Assembly: GCF_000020025.1 (NCBI RefSeq)
Contig: NC_010628.1
Span: 2,220,001 to 2,252,000 of the forward strand
DNA: 32,000 bases
DNA from: Nostoc punctiforme PCC 73102
GTDB taxonomy: Bacteria; Cyanobacteriota; Cyanobacteriia; Cyanobacteriales; Nostocaceae
Direction of reading: 5' to 3'
Under the pieces are notes generated by a model. That model made no database searches. It saw nothing but the letters and a program-made list of their open reading frames with translations, and was not told where the DNA came from. The translations under genes and the position numbers were made by a program. Positions 16,198-25,848 of the stretch are shown here, piece after piece. The number at the start of each line of letters is the position of its first letter. The stretch's first letter is position 1.

Positions 16198-16920
16198 ATG
16201 AGTCGAATTAATGGATTTGTAGGGCGACGTGACTTCTTAAAATTTGCCAGTGTGATAGGTATTGCGGCTACTGCTTTTGGTGATAGCTTTTGGAATACAG
16301 AGCAAACTGCTATTGCTGATATTCACCGAGTTAGCCCTAATCCAGTGAATCCTAATGAAGCTATCAAACGCTTACTAGATGGTAATCAAAGATTTATCAA
16401 TCAAAAACGCAAATATCCCGATCAATCATTAGAACATCTGCGATTAGTTGCTAAAGCTCAATATCCCTTTGCCGCCATATTGGGCTGTGCAGATTCTAGA
16501 GTCCCGGCGGAAATTGTTTTCGATCAAGGACTTGGAGATTTATTTGTCGTGCGAGTTGCTGGTAATGTGGTCAGTGACACAGTTATAGGTAGTCTAGAAT
16601 ACTCTACAACAGTATTGGGCTCGCAGCTGATTGTGGTTTTAGGTCATAAAAGATGCGGTGCAGTTGCAGAAGCAATCAAAAACGAACCACTTCCTGGAAG
16701 AATTGGTTTGATTATTGAGGGCATCAAACCATCTGTTGAAATGGTAAAGTTAAGGACAGGTGATAATATGCAAGATGCAGTTATTGCCAACATTCAATAT
16801 CAGACTGAAAAATTGCAGGAAAGCTCAACAATTTTAGCCAAATTGCTCAGTGAAGGTAAACTAAAAATTGTTGGTGCTTGTTACGACATTGACACTGGTA
16901 AAGTCAACATAATTACTTGA
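16198..16920 (+). CDS. Beta-class carbonic anhydrase with a twin-arginine (Tat) signal peptide
   Basis: GRRDFLKFASVIGIAATAFG Tat motif. Zinc ligand motifs CADSRV and GHKRCGA. The ATG at 16198 is preferred over the track's TTG at 16144. Confidence 0.85.
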   Translation: MSRINGFVGRRDFLKFASVIGIAATAFGDSFWNTEQTAIADIHRVSPNPVNPNEAIKRLLDGNQRFINQKRKYPDQSLEHLRLVAKAQYPFAAILGCADSRVPAEIVFDQGLGDLFVVRVAGNVVSDTVIGSLEYSTTVLGSQLIVVLGHKRCGAVAEAIKNEPLPGRIGLIIEGIKPSVEMVKLRTGDNMQDAVIANIQYQTEKLQESSTILAKLLSEGKLKIVGACYDIDTGKVNIIT

Positions 16921-17115
16921 ATACATAATACCTTTAAGGCGTACTATTCTGAGCTTAATAATGTTAAAAAAATATTATTATTGATAACTTTGTAGCTTAA
17001 TCAAATTTATTGTTCAATTTAGAGTAGTTTAGGTATCAAAAGTATATATTCCTCTAAATCTACCGATAATTTAGGGGACTTTTACTTCGATTTCCTACCC
17101 TTAAAAGCTCCAGTG

Positions 17116-17242
17116 CAATACTTTTCGGTTAAACCCAATAATCTCTCTTTTGGTCTGGGGAAAGCTTACTGGGCTTTGGGGAAAGGGAAATTCAAACCTT
17201 TCCCTTTCCCTTTCCCCTTTCCCCCTTAACTGAAAAGTATTG
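17116..17242. repeat. Long imperfect palindrome / MITE-like element with a nested G/A-rich hairpin
   Basis: caatacttttcggttaa (17116-17132) pairs with ttaactgaaaagtattg (17226-17242), 16/17 matching. Inside it, aaagggaaa...tttcccttt forms a second hairpin. Confidence 0.55.
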
Positions 17243-17248
17243 AGATCC

Positions 17249-17407
17249 GGTGTACACACAAGTCTTTTAAAGTTGTCCCACAAGCTTTTCATTCCCCAAA
17301 CCCTCGCGATAAAATAGTGGGTAAAAACCTATCAAATTCCTCCGCTAAATTGGAGTATTTAGAAGGAGCTACAACATTTTGGTTTTGTAGAGGGATGTGT
17401 GTACACC
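17249..17407. repeat. Second inverted-repeat pair flanking ~135 bp
   Basis: ggtgtacacaca (17249-17260) pairs with tgtgtgtacacc (17396-17407), 12/12. The adjacent cctttccccc / gggggtaaagg arms are also roughly complementary. Confidence 0.5.
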
Positions 17408-17490
17408 GTAGCCTCAAAAAGGGGGGTAAAGGAGATAAGCAAGTCCCTAGATCGCAGCCAAAAACTTTTAAAACAACCTCTTAAGCTAGC

Positions 17491-19401
17491 TCACAAAATC
17501 GTTCCAGTTTCTTTCAAATAAACACGTGTAAATGGTTCATCTTCAGCCAAAGTATAATCTTCAATCAACCCTTTGCGACGGATAGAAATATCGTTGCCTT
17601 TTCTAATCACCACAGTAGAACCATCAAAGACATCCCGCGCCAGCATCATCTCAGTTTCGGTGGGATTATCCAAAACCACGATATTACTATTCCGGTAAAA
17701 CATCCCCTCTTCATCTAAGATGTCTTCCGCATATTCGGCAATCAGCAAATCAACTTTGGGATGACGGAGCAAAGTTTGGACGTTACTATTGTAATTTTTG
17801 CTTAATACTTTTTTCGAGCGATTCACAAAAACTGCATCACGACAAACAGCGCCAATTGTCCAGTTGGGATGTTGCAAAAGGATATGATCAATTGTTGTTT
17901 GCAGTTCTTCAACTGAGATTCTATTAAATGTGATAATCGGTATTCTCGAATCTGTACCCGACTCAAAAAAGGTTTCTAGAATATGAGAAGGTACATCAAC
18001 ACTTTCACCTTCAGAAGGTTTAAGATGCATTAAAACTCCTGGTGCAGCGTTAATTTCCAGGATAGCGAAGTTACTAGATTTCCAAGATTCGGAGAGACTT
18101 TTGGTAATGACATCAATACCAAGGCAAGTCAACTGGAAATGTTGGGCAATATCTTGCGCCAAGATAATATTGTCATCATGAACTGTGTGGGTTGCATCGA
18201 TGCTCATACCTCCGGCTGAAAGATTGGCAACTTTACGCAGGTAAACAGTGCGTCCTTTTTCAATCACACTGTCTAGTGATAAGCGCTGTTCCTCTAAGTA
18301 AAGTTCCATCGCTTCATCAATCTGAATTTTACTCATGGGTGAGGTGGGCGTATCTAAACGTGCAGGTTTGCGGTTTTCTAGGCGAATTAATTCTGCAAGC
18401 GTTAAGTAGCCATCACCGACAACCGATGCTGGACGGCGTTCTGTGGCGGCGACAAATCTGCCATTGACACACAACATCCGAAAATCCGATCCTGAAATAC
18501 TTTTCTCAACAATTATCCTAGTTACTTGATCTTCAGGAATCGCTGCTAATGCTCTATTATAAGCAGATTCCAGCTCTTTTGAGTCTTGTACGTCAGCCGT
18601 AACGCCAATTCCTTTATGACCTACCACTGGCTTAACTGCCACTGGGTAGCCAATTTCTCTTGCTGCTGCCAAGGCTTCCTTTTCAGAAAAGACGATATCG
18701 CCTTCAGGGACTGGGAAACCCAAGGTTTTTAGAAATGCTTTGCAGTCATCTTTACGGGTGGTAAACTCTGAATCTAGATGACTATCACAGTTAAATGTGG
18801 TTGCTACTCCTCGGACGTGTTTTTTTCCAAAGCCGTATTGCATTAATCCTTCTTCCCACAAATAAAAGGCGGGAATACCTTTTTCGTAGGCTGTTCGCAA
18901 TAGGGCGTAAACTGTGGGGCCACCATAGACAGACGCGCGAAATCTATTTTGCAGCCTCACTAGCTGCTCCTCAAAGTTAAAGTCTTCGTCTTGGGTAATG
19001 GCTTCAAACCAATCCCAAACAAAATAAACGACCTCTCTAGTTGTGCGTTCATGTAGTGATTGGACGCTAATTCGCACGAAATCTGGATATGGCTTAACAC
19101 TCCAATGCTTAAGGTGCAAATCCATATCAAGTTTTCCGACTTCGGACACAACTTGGGCAAATAGATAGGCATGGGACTCGTAGCTTTGGCTGCCCAGATT
19201 TGGATAGCGATCGCCAATGCTTGCAATATAATCGTCTATGGGCAAAGGCTCTCTAGAGTCCACTAGAGCAAAGTCAAATACTAACGCCCCTGCATCTAAA
19301 TAGGGGTTGGGGCCAACATAATGCTTGAAGTTGAAAATATCGAATACATCCGTTCTTCTAGCATTAATGCGAACTAAGTCACTGCTTTTTTGTAGAACCA
19401 T
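17491..19401 (-). CDS. cphA2: Cyanophycin synthetase 2-like protein: short CphA form with an N domain, an ATP-grasp domain and a truncated M domain
   Basis: At 636 aa it is much shorter than the ~900-aa CphA1. ATP-grasp region: YPVAVKPVVGHKGIGVT...RIIVEKSISGSDFRMLCVNGRFVAA. It is divergently paired with a cyanophycinase gene, as described for the Anabaena cph2 cluster. Confidence 0.7.
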   Translation of the reverse strand: MVLQKSSDLVRINARRTDVFDIFNFKHYVGPNPYLDAGALVFDFALVDSREPLPIDDYIASIGDRYPNLGSQSYESHAYLFAQVVSEVGKLDMDLHLKHWSVKPYPDFVRISVQSLHERTTREVVYFVWDWFEAITQDEDFNFEEQLVRLQNRFRASVYGGPTVYALLRTAYEKGIPAFYLWEEGLMQYGFGKKHVRGVATTFNCDSHLDSEFTTRKDDCKAFLKTLGFPVPEGDIVFSEKEALAAAREIGYPVAVKPVVGHKGIGVTADVQDSKELESAYNRALAAIPEDQVTRIIVEKSISGSDFRMLCVNGRFVAATERRPASVVGDGYLTLAELIRLENRKPARLDTPTSPMSKIQIDEAMELYLEEQRLSLDSVIEKGRTVYLRKVANLSAGGMSIDATHTVHDDNIILAQDIAQHFQLTCLGIDVITKSLSESWKSSNFAILEINAAPGVLMHLKPSEGESVDVPSHILETFFESGTDSRIPIITFNRISVEELQTTIDHILLQHPNWTIGAVCRDAVFVNRSKKVLSKNYNSNVQTLLRHPKVDLLIAEYAEDILDEEGMFYRNSNIVVLDNPTETEMMLARDVFDGSTVVIRKGNDISIRRKGLIEDYTLAEDEPFTRVYLKETGTIL

Positions 19402-19729
19402 TGATTACGAACCTTTGGCTAAACACCCTGAAATTTCTATGCTGAGTTATCGTTACTCAGACTTGTTGGTTGGAGGCTGATTCAGATTAATTCTTGGAGA
19501 GTGATGGCAAAGCCATTGATCTAATCAGAACCTACATTAAACTTATTAGTAAGCATTTTTAACTATCTCAAGGCATATTAAATTTCTTTTCCTCGGCAGA
19601 AAAGGCAAAGAATAAAAAATAATAGCCACTTCATCCTTATGAATGGTCAAAGATATAACCTTTGAAAGGTGCAACACGCATTCCAAAATCTGTATAAATA
19701 AATATGTGGTATTGAAAAGACAGCAAAGG

Positions 19730-19933
19730 ATGAATAGCACACAAGCTGATCTAAGAGATGAAATTCGAGAACTTGCTGAGGAAGCTTTTCACCAAAAGCT
19801 GATCTCTGGTCATGGTGATGGGCCTGACATAAATGAGTATCAAATTGTCTACCAAGGCAAACCCAGGCATCTCCCACTAGAACAAGCACGTTTTTTCTTG
19901 ACTAACTTGCTTTATAGAAGTCGCATTCATTAG
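19730..19933 (+). CDS. Small hypothetical protein (67 aa) between cphA2 and the cyanophycinase gene
   Basis: In-frame ATG at 19730 preceded by aaagga. Product MNSTQADLRDEIRELAEEAFHQKLISGHGDGPDINEYQIVYQGKPRHLPLEQARFFLTNLLYRSRIH. No recognisable family. Confidence 0.4.
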   Translation: MNSTQADLRDEIRELAEEAFHQKLISGHGDGPDINEYQIVYQGKPRHLPLEQARFFLTNLLYRSRIH

Positions 19934-20261
19934 GGCTCACCATTCAGATATCTAATTTCACTCAGCTAGGGTTAATATCAACAATTGCATGATAAATTTT
20001 CAATGGCCAATTTAGAAACGCAGTCAATAATGCCTCTAGAAAATCTCTCTAGAGGCAGTTAGTTTTTGGCGTTTTATTTAGTAAAAAAAATTAATTCTGA
20101 GGATGGCTATTTTTCTATATCATTTTCCTGAAAAATCTTTTGGTCTAATTGCAAACGCAAATTCTAATACTATCTTTCATCAGGTAATCTACCAGAGGGA
20201 TGATTTGATAGTTTAATTGTCATGGTTTAGTGAAATTTATTAAGTCACATCAGGGGGCATC

Positions 20262-21104
20262 ATGGTGGAAAGTAATTTCAAACGGCAGTTGGTAATTATT
20301 GGGGGAGCCGAAGATAAAGAAGGAGATTCCCAAATTCTGCGAGACTTTGTGCGACGCGCCGGAGGTACGAAGGCGCACATTGTCATTATGACGGCTGCGA
20401 CAGAATTACCAAGAGAAGTGGGAGAAAATTATATTAGAGTTTTTGAGCGGTTGGGAGCCGAGAATGTTCGCATAATTGATACAGAAACCCGCGAAGATGC
20501 ATCTTCATCTACCGCGTTAGAAGCAATTCATAAAGCAACTGGGGTATTTTTTACTGGTGGAGATCAAGCTCGTATCACCAATATCCTTAAGGATACCGAA
20601 ATTGATGCGGCCATTCATAAACGGTTCGCGGAAGGTGCAGTGGTCGCCGGTACAAGTGCGGGCGCTGCTGTGATGCCAGATAAAATGATAGTTGAAGGTG
20701 ATTCTCAAACGCATCCTCGAATTGAAACAGTTGAAATGGGTCCTGGTCTAGGCTTTTTACCAGGGGTGGTAATTGACCAGCATTTTTCCCAGCGTGGACG
20801 TTTGGGACGCTTAATTTCAGCTTTAATACTAGAACCTGCTGTTTTAGGATTCGGTATTGACGAGAATACCGCTATGGTAGTTACTGATAACCAAATTGAA
20901 GTGATTGGTGAAGGTGCGGTGACAATTGTTGATGAATCAGAAGCTACATACAACAATATGGGCGAAATTTTGAAGGATGAGTCTTTGGCAATTTGCGGAG
21001 CAAAGCTTCATATTTTACCACATGGATTCAAATTTGACTTGAAAACCCGCCAACCTATCCTAAATAATAGCTCTGTGGCTAATGTCTCTGTACCTGTTGG
21101 TTGA
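20262..21104 (+). CDS. cphB: Cyanophycinase (peptidase S51)
   Basis: IIGGAEDKEGD, FFTGGDQ, and GTSAGAAVM (nucleophile Ser). AGGGGG SD lies 4 nt upstream. Confidence 0.88.
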   Translation: MVESNFKRQLVIIGGAEDKEGDSQILRDFVRRAGGTKAHIVIMTAATELPREVGENYIRVFERLGAENVRIIDTETREDASSSTALEAIHKATGVFFTGGDQARITNILKDTEIDAAIHKRFAEGAVVAGTSAGAAVMPDKMIVEGDSQTHPRIETVEMGPGLGFLPGVVIDQHFSQRGRLGRLISALILEPAVLGFGIDENTAMVVTDNQIEVIGEGAVTIVDESEATYNNMGEILKDESLAICGAKLHILPHGFKFDLKTRQPILNNSSVANVSVPVG

Positions 21105-21221
21105 ATCAACACCTAATTTTTTACAGGTGCGTTTAACTTGAATAAATAATTAATAATTGTAGATTATTAGCATTTATCTCTTGAATATCCTCTCAAGTAC
21201 TCTCAGAAATAGGGGACACAG

Positions 21222-21262
21222 CCCCCCTTTATTCAGGAGGAAAGGGGGGATTAATTTTTAAT
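21222..21262 (+). terminator. Candidate intrinsic terminator downstream of the cyanophycinase gene
   Basis: ccccccttt (21222-21230) pairs with aaagggggg (21241-21249): 9-bp stem, 10-nt loop, followed by ATTAATTTTTAAT. Confidence 0.5.
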
Positions 21263-21572
21263 ATTCCTTATCTTAACTTCAGTAAACTGTTACGAATAAG
21301 TAATATCAACTCTCCATGATGATGCACTTATAAGTAAGTGGGCGTAAATAATTGTCGTTGGGATAAGGCAATAGGCAACAGGCAATAGGTATAAGGGTTT
21401 TATCTAGTTTGATTTTATTGTGCCAACTTACTTAAACGAACCATAAAATCTAGGTAGTACATAAAGAAAAAGATCGGTAAATGAATTAATTATGAAGTCA
21501 AAATTTACAGAGAATTGGTAAATGTAGGTAATAATTAATTCAAACTATACGTCGAATAGCCGATCAACTTTT

Positions 21573-22043
21573 ATGACAATCTACTTTTATAGCACTCGTG
21601 AAGAATATGGCTGTTTCTCTAACTTTTCGCCCCACGGCTTTCAATTAGATGGAATGTATTGGTCAACCAGCGAACACTACTTTCAAGCGCAAAAGTTTGT
21701 GGATACACCTCATGTAGAACTAATCCGCCAAGTTAAAACACCTAAAGATGCGGCAAGAATGGGGCGTGAGAGAACCCGTCCACTACGTCAAGATTGGGAA
21801 CAAGTTAAAGACGATATCATGCGGCAAGCTGTGCTGTGCAAATTTCAAACTCATACTGATATTAGGAATATCCTACTTTCCACAGGCAATGCAGAAATTG
21901 TTGAAAACTCGCCCATCGATTTTTACTGGGGTTGCGGAGCCGATGGTAGCGGTAAAAATATCCTAGGAAAAATTTTAATGGAGGTGCGAGAGAGCCTGAA
22001 CTATAAATACAGCGCAGATGTTGATCGTAGAAGTGTTAAATGA
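21573..22043 (+). CDS. NADAR (YbiA/DUF1768) family protein
   Basis: FYSTREEYGCFSNFSPHGF...WSTSEHYFQAQKF...NSPIDFYWGCG. Confidence 0.8.
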   Translation: MTIYFYSTREEYGCFSNFSPHGFQLDGMYWSTSEHYFQAQKFVDTPHVELIRQVKTPKDAARMGRERTRPLRQDWEQVKDDIMRQAVLCKFQTHTDIRNILLSTGNAEIVENSPIDFYWGCGADGSGKNILGKILMEVRESLNYKYSADVDRRSVK

Positions 22044-22124
22044 TACGCTAAACCAACCTGATGAAAGATACCTTCTGGTTTTGGGAACACTATATTTACC
22101 ACCAGACTTCAAAGGAAGGGGTTG

Positions 22125-23225
22125 ATGCCTAAAGGCGAATGGAATAATAGCTCGAAAAATATAATTCCCCTACAATTACCCATAACATACTTAAAACCAG
22201 TGAAGCGTAATACAATTACTCATGAATTTGACTCTGGTTCACATGCAGAAATACTACCTCCACAGGAAAATGATGACAATTTATCGGAAGCATCCAAGCT
22301 ACTACGGCAAGGAATTCAACAGCAGCAAGCTGGTGAATTAATTGCGGCGCTGAAGTCTTTACAACAAGCTTTGGGGCTATTTCAGGCAGTTGGGGATTTG
22401 CAAAAACAGGCACAGGCGCTTTCTTTTTTAGGATTGGTAACTTATAGCGCTGGAGACTATAAAGGCGCGATATCTTACTCGGAGGAGTGTTTGTCTTTGC
22501 TCAATAACACCTCAAATTTAGCATTGCAAATGCAAGCACTTTCCCATTTAGGAAATTCATACCGTCATTTGAATGACCACAACAAGGCTATTGAGTTTCT
22601 AGAAAAGTGTTTGAAAATAACGCAACAGCTGCAAGACAAACGGAGTCAAGTTGCAGCATTGAATAATTTGGGATTGGTATATAAATCTTTGAGTAACTTT
22701 ACACAGGCTATTGAGTATCAGCAGCAAAGCCTAGAGATTGTGCGAGAACTCAAAGATAACTGGGGCGAAGAACAGGTACTCAAAAATTTGGGTAATGCTT
22801 GGTATGCTTTGAATAATTATTCAAAAGCGATCGCATATTATGAGCAGTGTGTAGTACTAGCACGCTCTTTAAAAAATGTTCGCAGTGCTTCTCAAGTACT
22901 AAAAAATCTAGGTAATGCTTGTTATGCTTTAGGTGATTATGCTAAAGCTATTAAGTATTATGAAGATCGGTTGCTATTAGCTAGAGAAATTCAGGACAAA
23001 CGTAGCGAGGAACAATCTTTAGGTAGTTTAGGAGTTGCTTGTGAAGCTCTGGGTGACTATAACAAAGCAATTACATATTATGAACAACGTTTGCTCTTAG
23101 CTAGGAATATCAAAGACCGTCGTAGTGAAGAAGAAGCTCTCGATCGTTTGAGAGTCGCTTGCTACGCCTTGGGTGATTATGTCAAAGCTATGCAATACCA
23201 GCAAGGAACATCTTCAAATAGTTAA
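22125..23225 (+). CDS. Tetratricopeptide (TPR) repeat protein
   Basis: About seven 40-aa repeats of the type LKNLGNA(W/C)YALG(D/N)Y(S/A)KAI.YYEQ.L.LAR...D. ATG at 22125 is preceded by AAGGAAGGGG. Confidence 0.85.
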   Translation: MPKGEWNNSSKNIIPLQLPITYLKPVKRNTITHEFDSGSHAEILPPQENDDNLSEASKLLRQGIQQQQAGELIAALKSLQQALGLFQAVGDLQKQAQALSFLGLVTYSAGDYKGAISYSEECLSLLNNTSNLALQMQALSHLGNSYRHLNDHNKAIEFLEKCLKITQQLQDKRSQVAALNNLGLVYKSLSNFTQAIEYQQQSLEIVRELKDNWGEEQVLKNLGNAWYALNNYSKAIAYYEQCVVLARSLKNVRSASQVLKNLGNACYALGDYAKAIKYYEDRLLLAREIQDKRSEEQSLGSLGVACEALGDYNKAITYYEQRLLLARNIKDRRSEEEALDRLRVACYALGDYVKAMQYQQGTSSNS

Positions 23226-23252
23226 AAAGCAAAAGAAGGAAACAATTCAAAA

Positions 23253-23951
23253 TTACTCGGATAGATCCATTGGTCCCATTGTATTTTGTTGCTGGAGATA
23301 TCTGAGAACTTCTGATGTCTCAACTTGGGGAAATTGTGCGTAAAAATTACTCACACTCCAGAAGGGTTCTGGTGTTTCCAAGACGATTGTGCGATCGCCC
23401 CACTGTTCTAACCAAGGTAGCAATCTTTGTGGTGCGATGGGAGTACATAGCCAAACTGCTGCTGGAGAAAGTGCTTTGATAGCAGTAGCGGCAACTGCTA
23501 TTGTCATACCTGTAGCAACGCCATCATCAACTAAAATAGCCGTAGCATTCTCGGCATTCACCTGCGGACAAGCAGTAATTAATTGAGCCTCAAGAGACTT
23601 AGCTTGGATAATAGCTTTATTTAAAGCCACTTCCCGCAGATTTGTATCATCTTTGAACCGAAATAGCTTTTGATCGGTCCAAAGAACATTTCCGTAAGTA
23701 GTCACTGCACCAATTGCTAACTCTGGGTTTTCTGGATGGCTAATCTTTTTTGCTACAACGATTGTCAACGGACAATCCAATAGATGTGCTATTGGTGCTG
23801 CTACTGGTACACCCCCTCTTGGCAAAGCATAAACAATTGGTACAGGTTTTATCCCAGAAGCAATAGTTTGCTGAGTCAAAACATCCTGAATCACTCGCGC
23901 TAATAACTCACCCGCATGGGTGCGATCGGCAAAAAGCGGGGTCTGTGACAT
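23253..23951 (-). CDS. Phosphoribosyltransferase-family protein
   Basis: PRPP-binding loop AILVDDGVATGMTI. N-terminal FADRTHAGELLA is typical of this family. Confidence 0.8.
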   Translation of the reverse strand: MSQTPLFADRTHAGELLARVIQDVLTQQTIASGIKPVPIVYALPRGGVPVAAPIAHLLDCPLTIVVAKKISHPENPELAIGAVTTYGNVLWTDQKLFRFKDDTNLREVALNKAIIQAKSLEAQLITACPQVNAENATAILVDDGVATGMTIAVAATAIKALSPAAVWLCTPIAPQRLLPWLEQWGDRTIVLETPEPFWSVSNFYAQFPQVETSEVLRYLQQQNTMGPMDLSE

Positions 23952-24145
23952 GGGTTCCCCCCAGCATCTTAGGACAGCACTGCTTTTATCATGACTGAAT
24001 TTTGTCTCAAATTAACTGATACAATAAGATTTTGTATAAATAATTAAGTATTCAGCAAAAGTCTATTTATTCTGATAAATCTCCAACCAGAGCAGTATTT
24101 AACTCAGATAAAACAGCTGGCGCTGATATCAAAATCCTAATTTTC

Positions 24146-24829
24146 ATGAGCAGCGAAACTCAACTCAGCCTCTTCGACGACGACTCAACCTTTAACCAAC
24201 GAGAACTAATTCCCACAGACGCTAAAATTGCGATCGCTCCCGGAACTTATTCCACCATAACGGAGTTGGCACAGCATTGCGATCGCTGCCACCGTTGTCC
24301 ATTGGGAGACACTCGGACTCATGCTGTCGTCGGACGCGGTAATCTCAAAGCCCCAATTATGGTTATTGGGGAAGCGCCTGGTCAAAATGAAGACGAAACT
24401 GGTTTGCCATTTGTAGGTAGATCGGGGCAATTGCTGGAGAAAATTCTGGCATCAGTGAATCTAACTACCGAGCATGATGTATATATAGCTAATATAAATA
24501 AATGTCGCCCACCAGATAATAGAGTTCCTACTCCAACAGAAGTGGCGGCTTGTCTACCCTACTTACTAGAACAAATTCGCCTAGTTGACCCTAAAATAAT
24601 CTTGTTAACAGGTGCAACTGCTGTCAAAGGCATCACTGGAGATAAGCGAGGAATTACGAAAATTCGCGGACAGTGGCTGGAGTGGGAAGGGCGTTTATGT
24701 ATGCCGATTTTTCATCCTTCCTACTTACTGCGTAATCCTTCTAAAGAAAGAGGTGCGCCCAAATGGTTGATGTGGCAGGATATCCAGGCAGTACGGGCCA
24801 AGTTAGACGAATTCCAAAATAACAATTAA
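24146..24829 (+). CDS. Uracil-DNA glycosylase, family 4 (Fe-S type)
   Basis: Cys cluster CDRCHRCPL, GEAPGQNED motif, NKCRPP, and C-terminal FHPSYLLRNP. Confidence 0.85.
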   Translation: MSSETQLSLFDDDSTFNQRELIPTDAKIAIAPGTYSTITELAQHCDRCHRCPLGDTRTHAVVGRGNLKAPIMVIGEAPGQNEDETGLPFVGRSGQLLEKILASVNLTTEHDVYIANINKCRPPDNRVPTPTEVAACLPYLLEQIRLVDPKIILLTGATAVKGITGDKRGITKIRGQWLEWEGRLCMPIFHPSYLLRNPSKERGAPKWLMWQDIQAVRAKLDEFQNNN

Positions 24830-24934
24830 TTTGGTAGACTTACCCAAAATATCCCATTTCACTAATTGCGATCGCCTGTTTTAATTGAAGTGGAAGCGAT
24901 CGCATCTGACAGCAAGAAAAGTAGGAGTGAGGTT

Positions 24935-25474
24935 CTAAGAACAACTCGTAAGCGCAGCACCACATTGATCTTCCTTTGTCAACCAACCTTTAACACCTTG
25001 ATATTCAACCTGCGCCCAATCTCCCTGACAGCCTAACAATTTGACAGCAGTATTCGCAGGAATTATTCTCACTTTTTGGCTTTCTTGACTATTACTAGCA
25101 TATAAATCTACCCCATTAGTACCGTAGCCCTGCGTTGTTAAACCTAACTTTGGCACAAATACCCATCCAGTTCCTTGAAAACCATTACTAGCATTATTAA
25201 TCTGTACCCAATCTCCAGTAGCACCAATAACTTGAACTGTTTCGTTGATGGGTATTTGCCCTAATATTGTGTTATATGTACTTGCACCACTCCGCACATT
25301 TAAACCTTGTGGATCTGTATCGGTCACGTAGGCAATAATATCGCACTTTTGGGAATTAGTCGATTTCGCTAAAGCTATTTGATAACCTATACCTGTATTT
25401 AGCATCACGCTAATACAACTAAATACCAATCCTGTTATTAACTTTGATGGTGCCTTTTTCACTTTTTTTGCCAT
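24935..25474 (-). CDS. Secreted protein with two bacterial SH3 (SH3b) domains
   Basis: N-terminal signal/TM segment (LITGLVFSCISVMLNTGIGYQIALA). Two repeats: LNVRSGAS...GDWVQI...GWV and GVDLYAS...GDWAQVEYQGVKGWL. Confidence 0.7.
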   Translation of the reverse strand: MAKKVKKAPSKLITGLVFSCISVMLNTGIGYQIALAKSTNSQKCDIIAYVTDTDPQGLNVRSGASTYNTILGQIPINETVQVIGATGDWVQINNASNGFQGTGWVFVPKLGLTTQGYGTNGVDLYASNSQESQKVRIIPANTAVKLLGCQGDWAQVEYQGVKGWLTKEDQCGAALTSCS

Positions 25475-25627
25475 AATTTGCTCAATTTTTTTGCTTCAGT
25501 ACCTAAAATTTGAGTTTGATTTCTATCTCATAATCTACCCAAGCAAATTAAAGATAAGTTTATAAAATACTTATCTAAAAAGAATTTCAGTACTATAATA
25601 ACACTTTTAGTTTTACAAAATTTAGTC

Positions 25628-25750
25628 CTGCGATGTCTACGACGGGTGGTTCCTGAGCGCAGCCGTACCACTTCCCTACGGGACGCTACGCGAACGTGGA
25701 AGCAAGCTACGCGCAGCGTCTCCGACAGGAGAAGGGCTACGCCTACGCTG
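25628..25750. repeat. GC-rich dispersed intergenic repeat (Nostocales type)
   Basis: Reiterated gctacgc motifs (gctacgcgaacg, gctacgcgcagcg, gctacgcctacgc) and tgagcgcagccgta. GC content is far above the flanks. The motif tgagcgcag(c/t)cg recurs inverted at 28588-28601. Confidence 0.6.
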
Positions 25751-25848
25751 ACAACTGCAACACAAAAACATCATTGAGTATTAAGATGTCAATGGTGTTG
25801 TTAACGCCAACAGTAAGTTCCAATTTTGAAAAAGATTCATTAATTTAT

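Noticed and set aside
17101-17292. 63-aa ORF
   Set aside because: It lies inside the palindromic, low-complexity G/A-C/T repeat (GKGERERERFEFPFPQ). It has no SD and is probably a translation artefact of the repeat.
19691-19706. NtcA-like site TGTA-N8-TATG in the cphA2/cphB spacer
   Set aside because: The distal half-site is TAT rather than TAC. No -10 box sits at the expected ~22-nt distance, because the position falls on the small ORF start.
19546-19889. Minus-strand ORFs 19546-19740 and 19647-19889
   Set aside because: They overlap each other and the better-supported plus-strand small ORF. Their products are Cys/Leu/Phe-rich and AT-driven, with no SD.
21365-21396. Short heptamer run aggcaat aggcaac aggcaat aggtata (STRR-like)
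   Set aside because: It has only ~4 imperfect units. It is real as sequence but too short to assign to a named repeat family or function.
21573-22043. NADAR protein as the antitoxin of a DarT-like ADP-ribosylating toxin system
   Set aside because: No DarT-like or other ART gene is adjacent. The neighbours are the cyanophycinase gene and a TPR protein. It is treated as a stand-alone YbiA-type gene.
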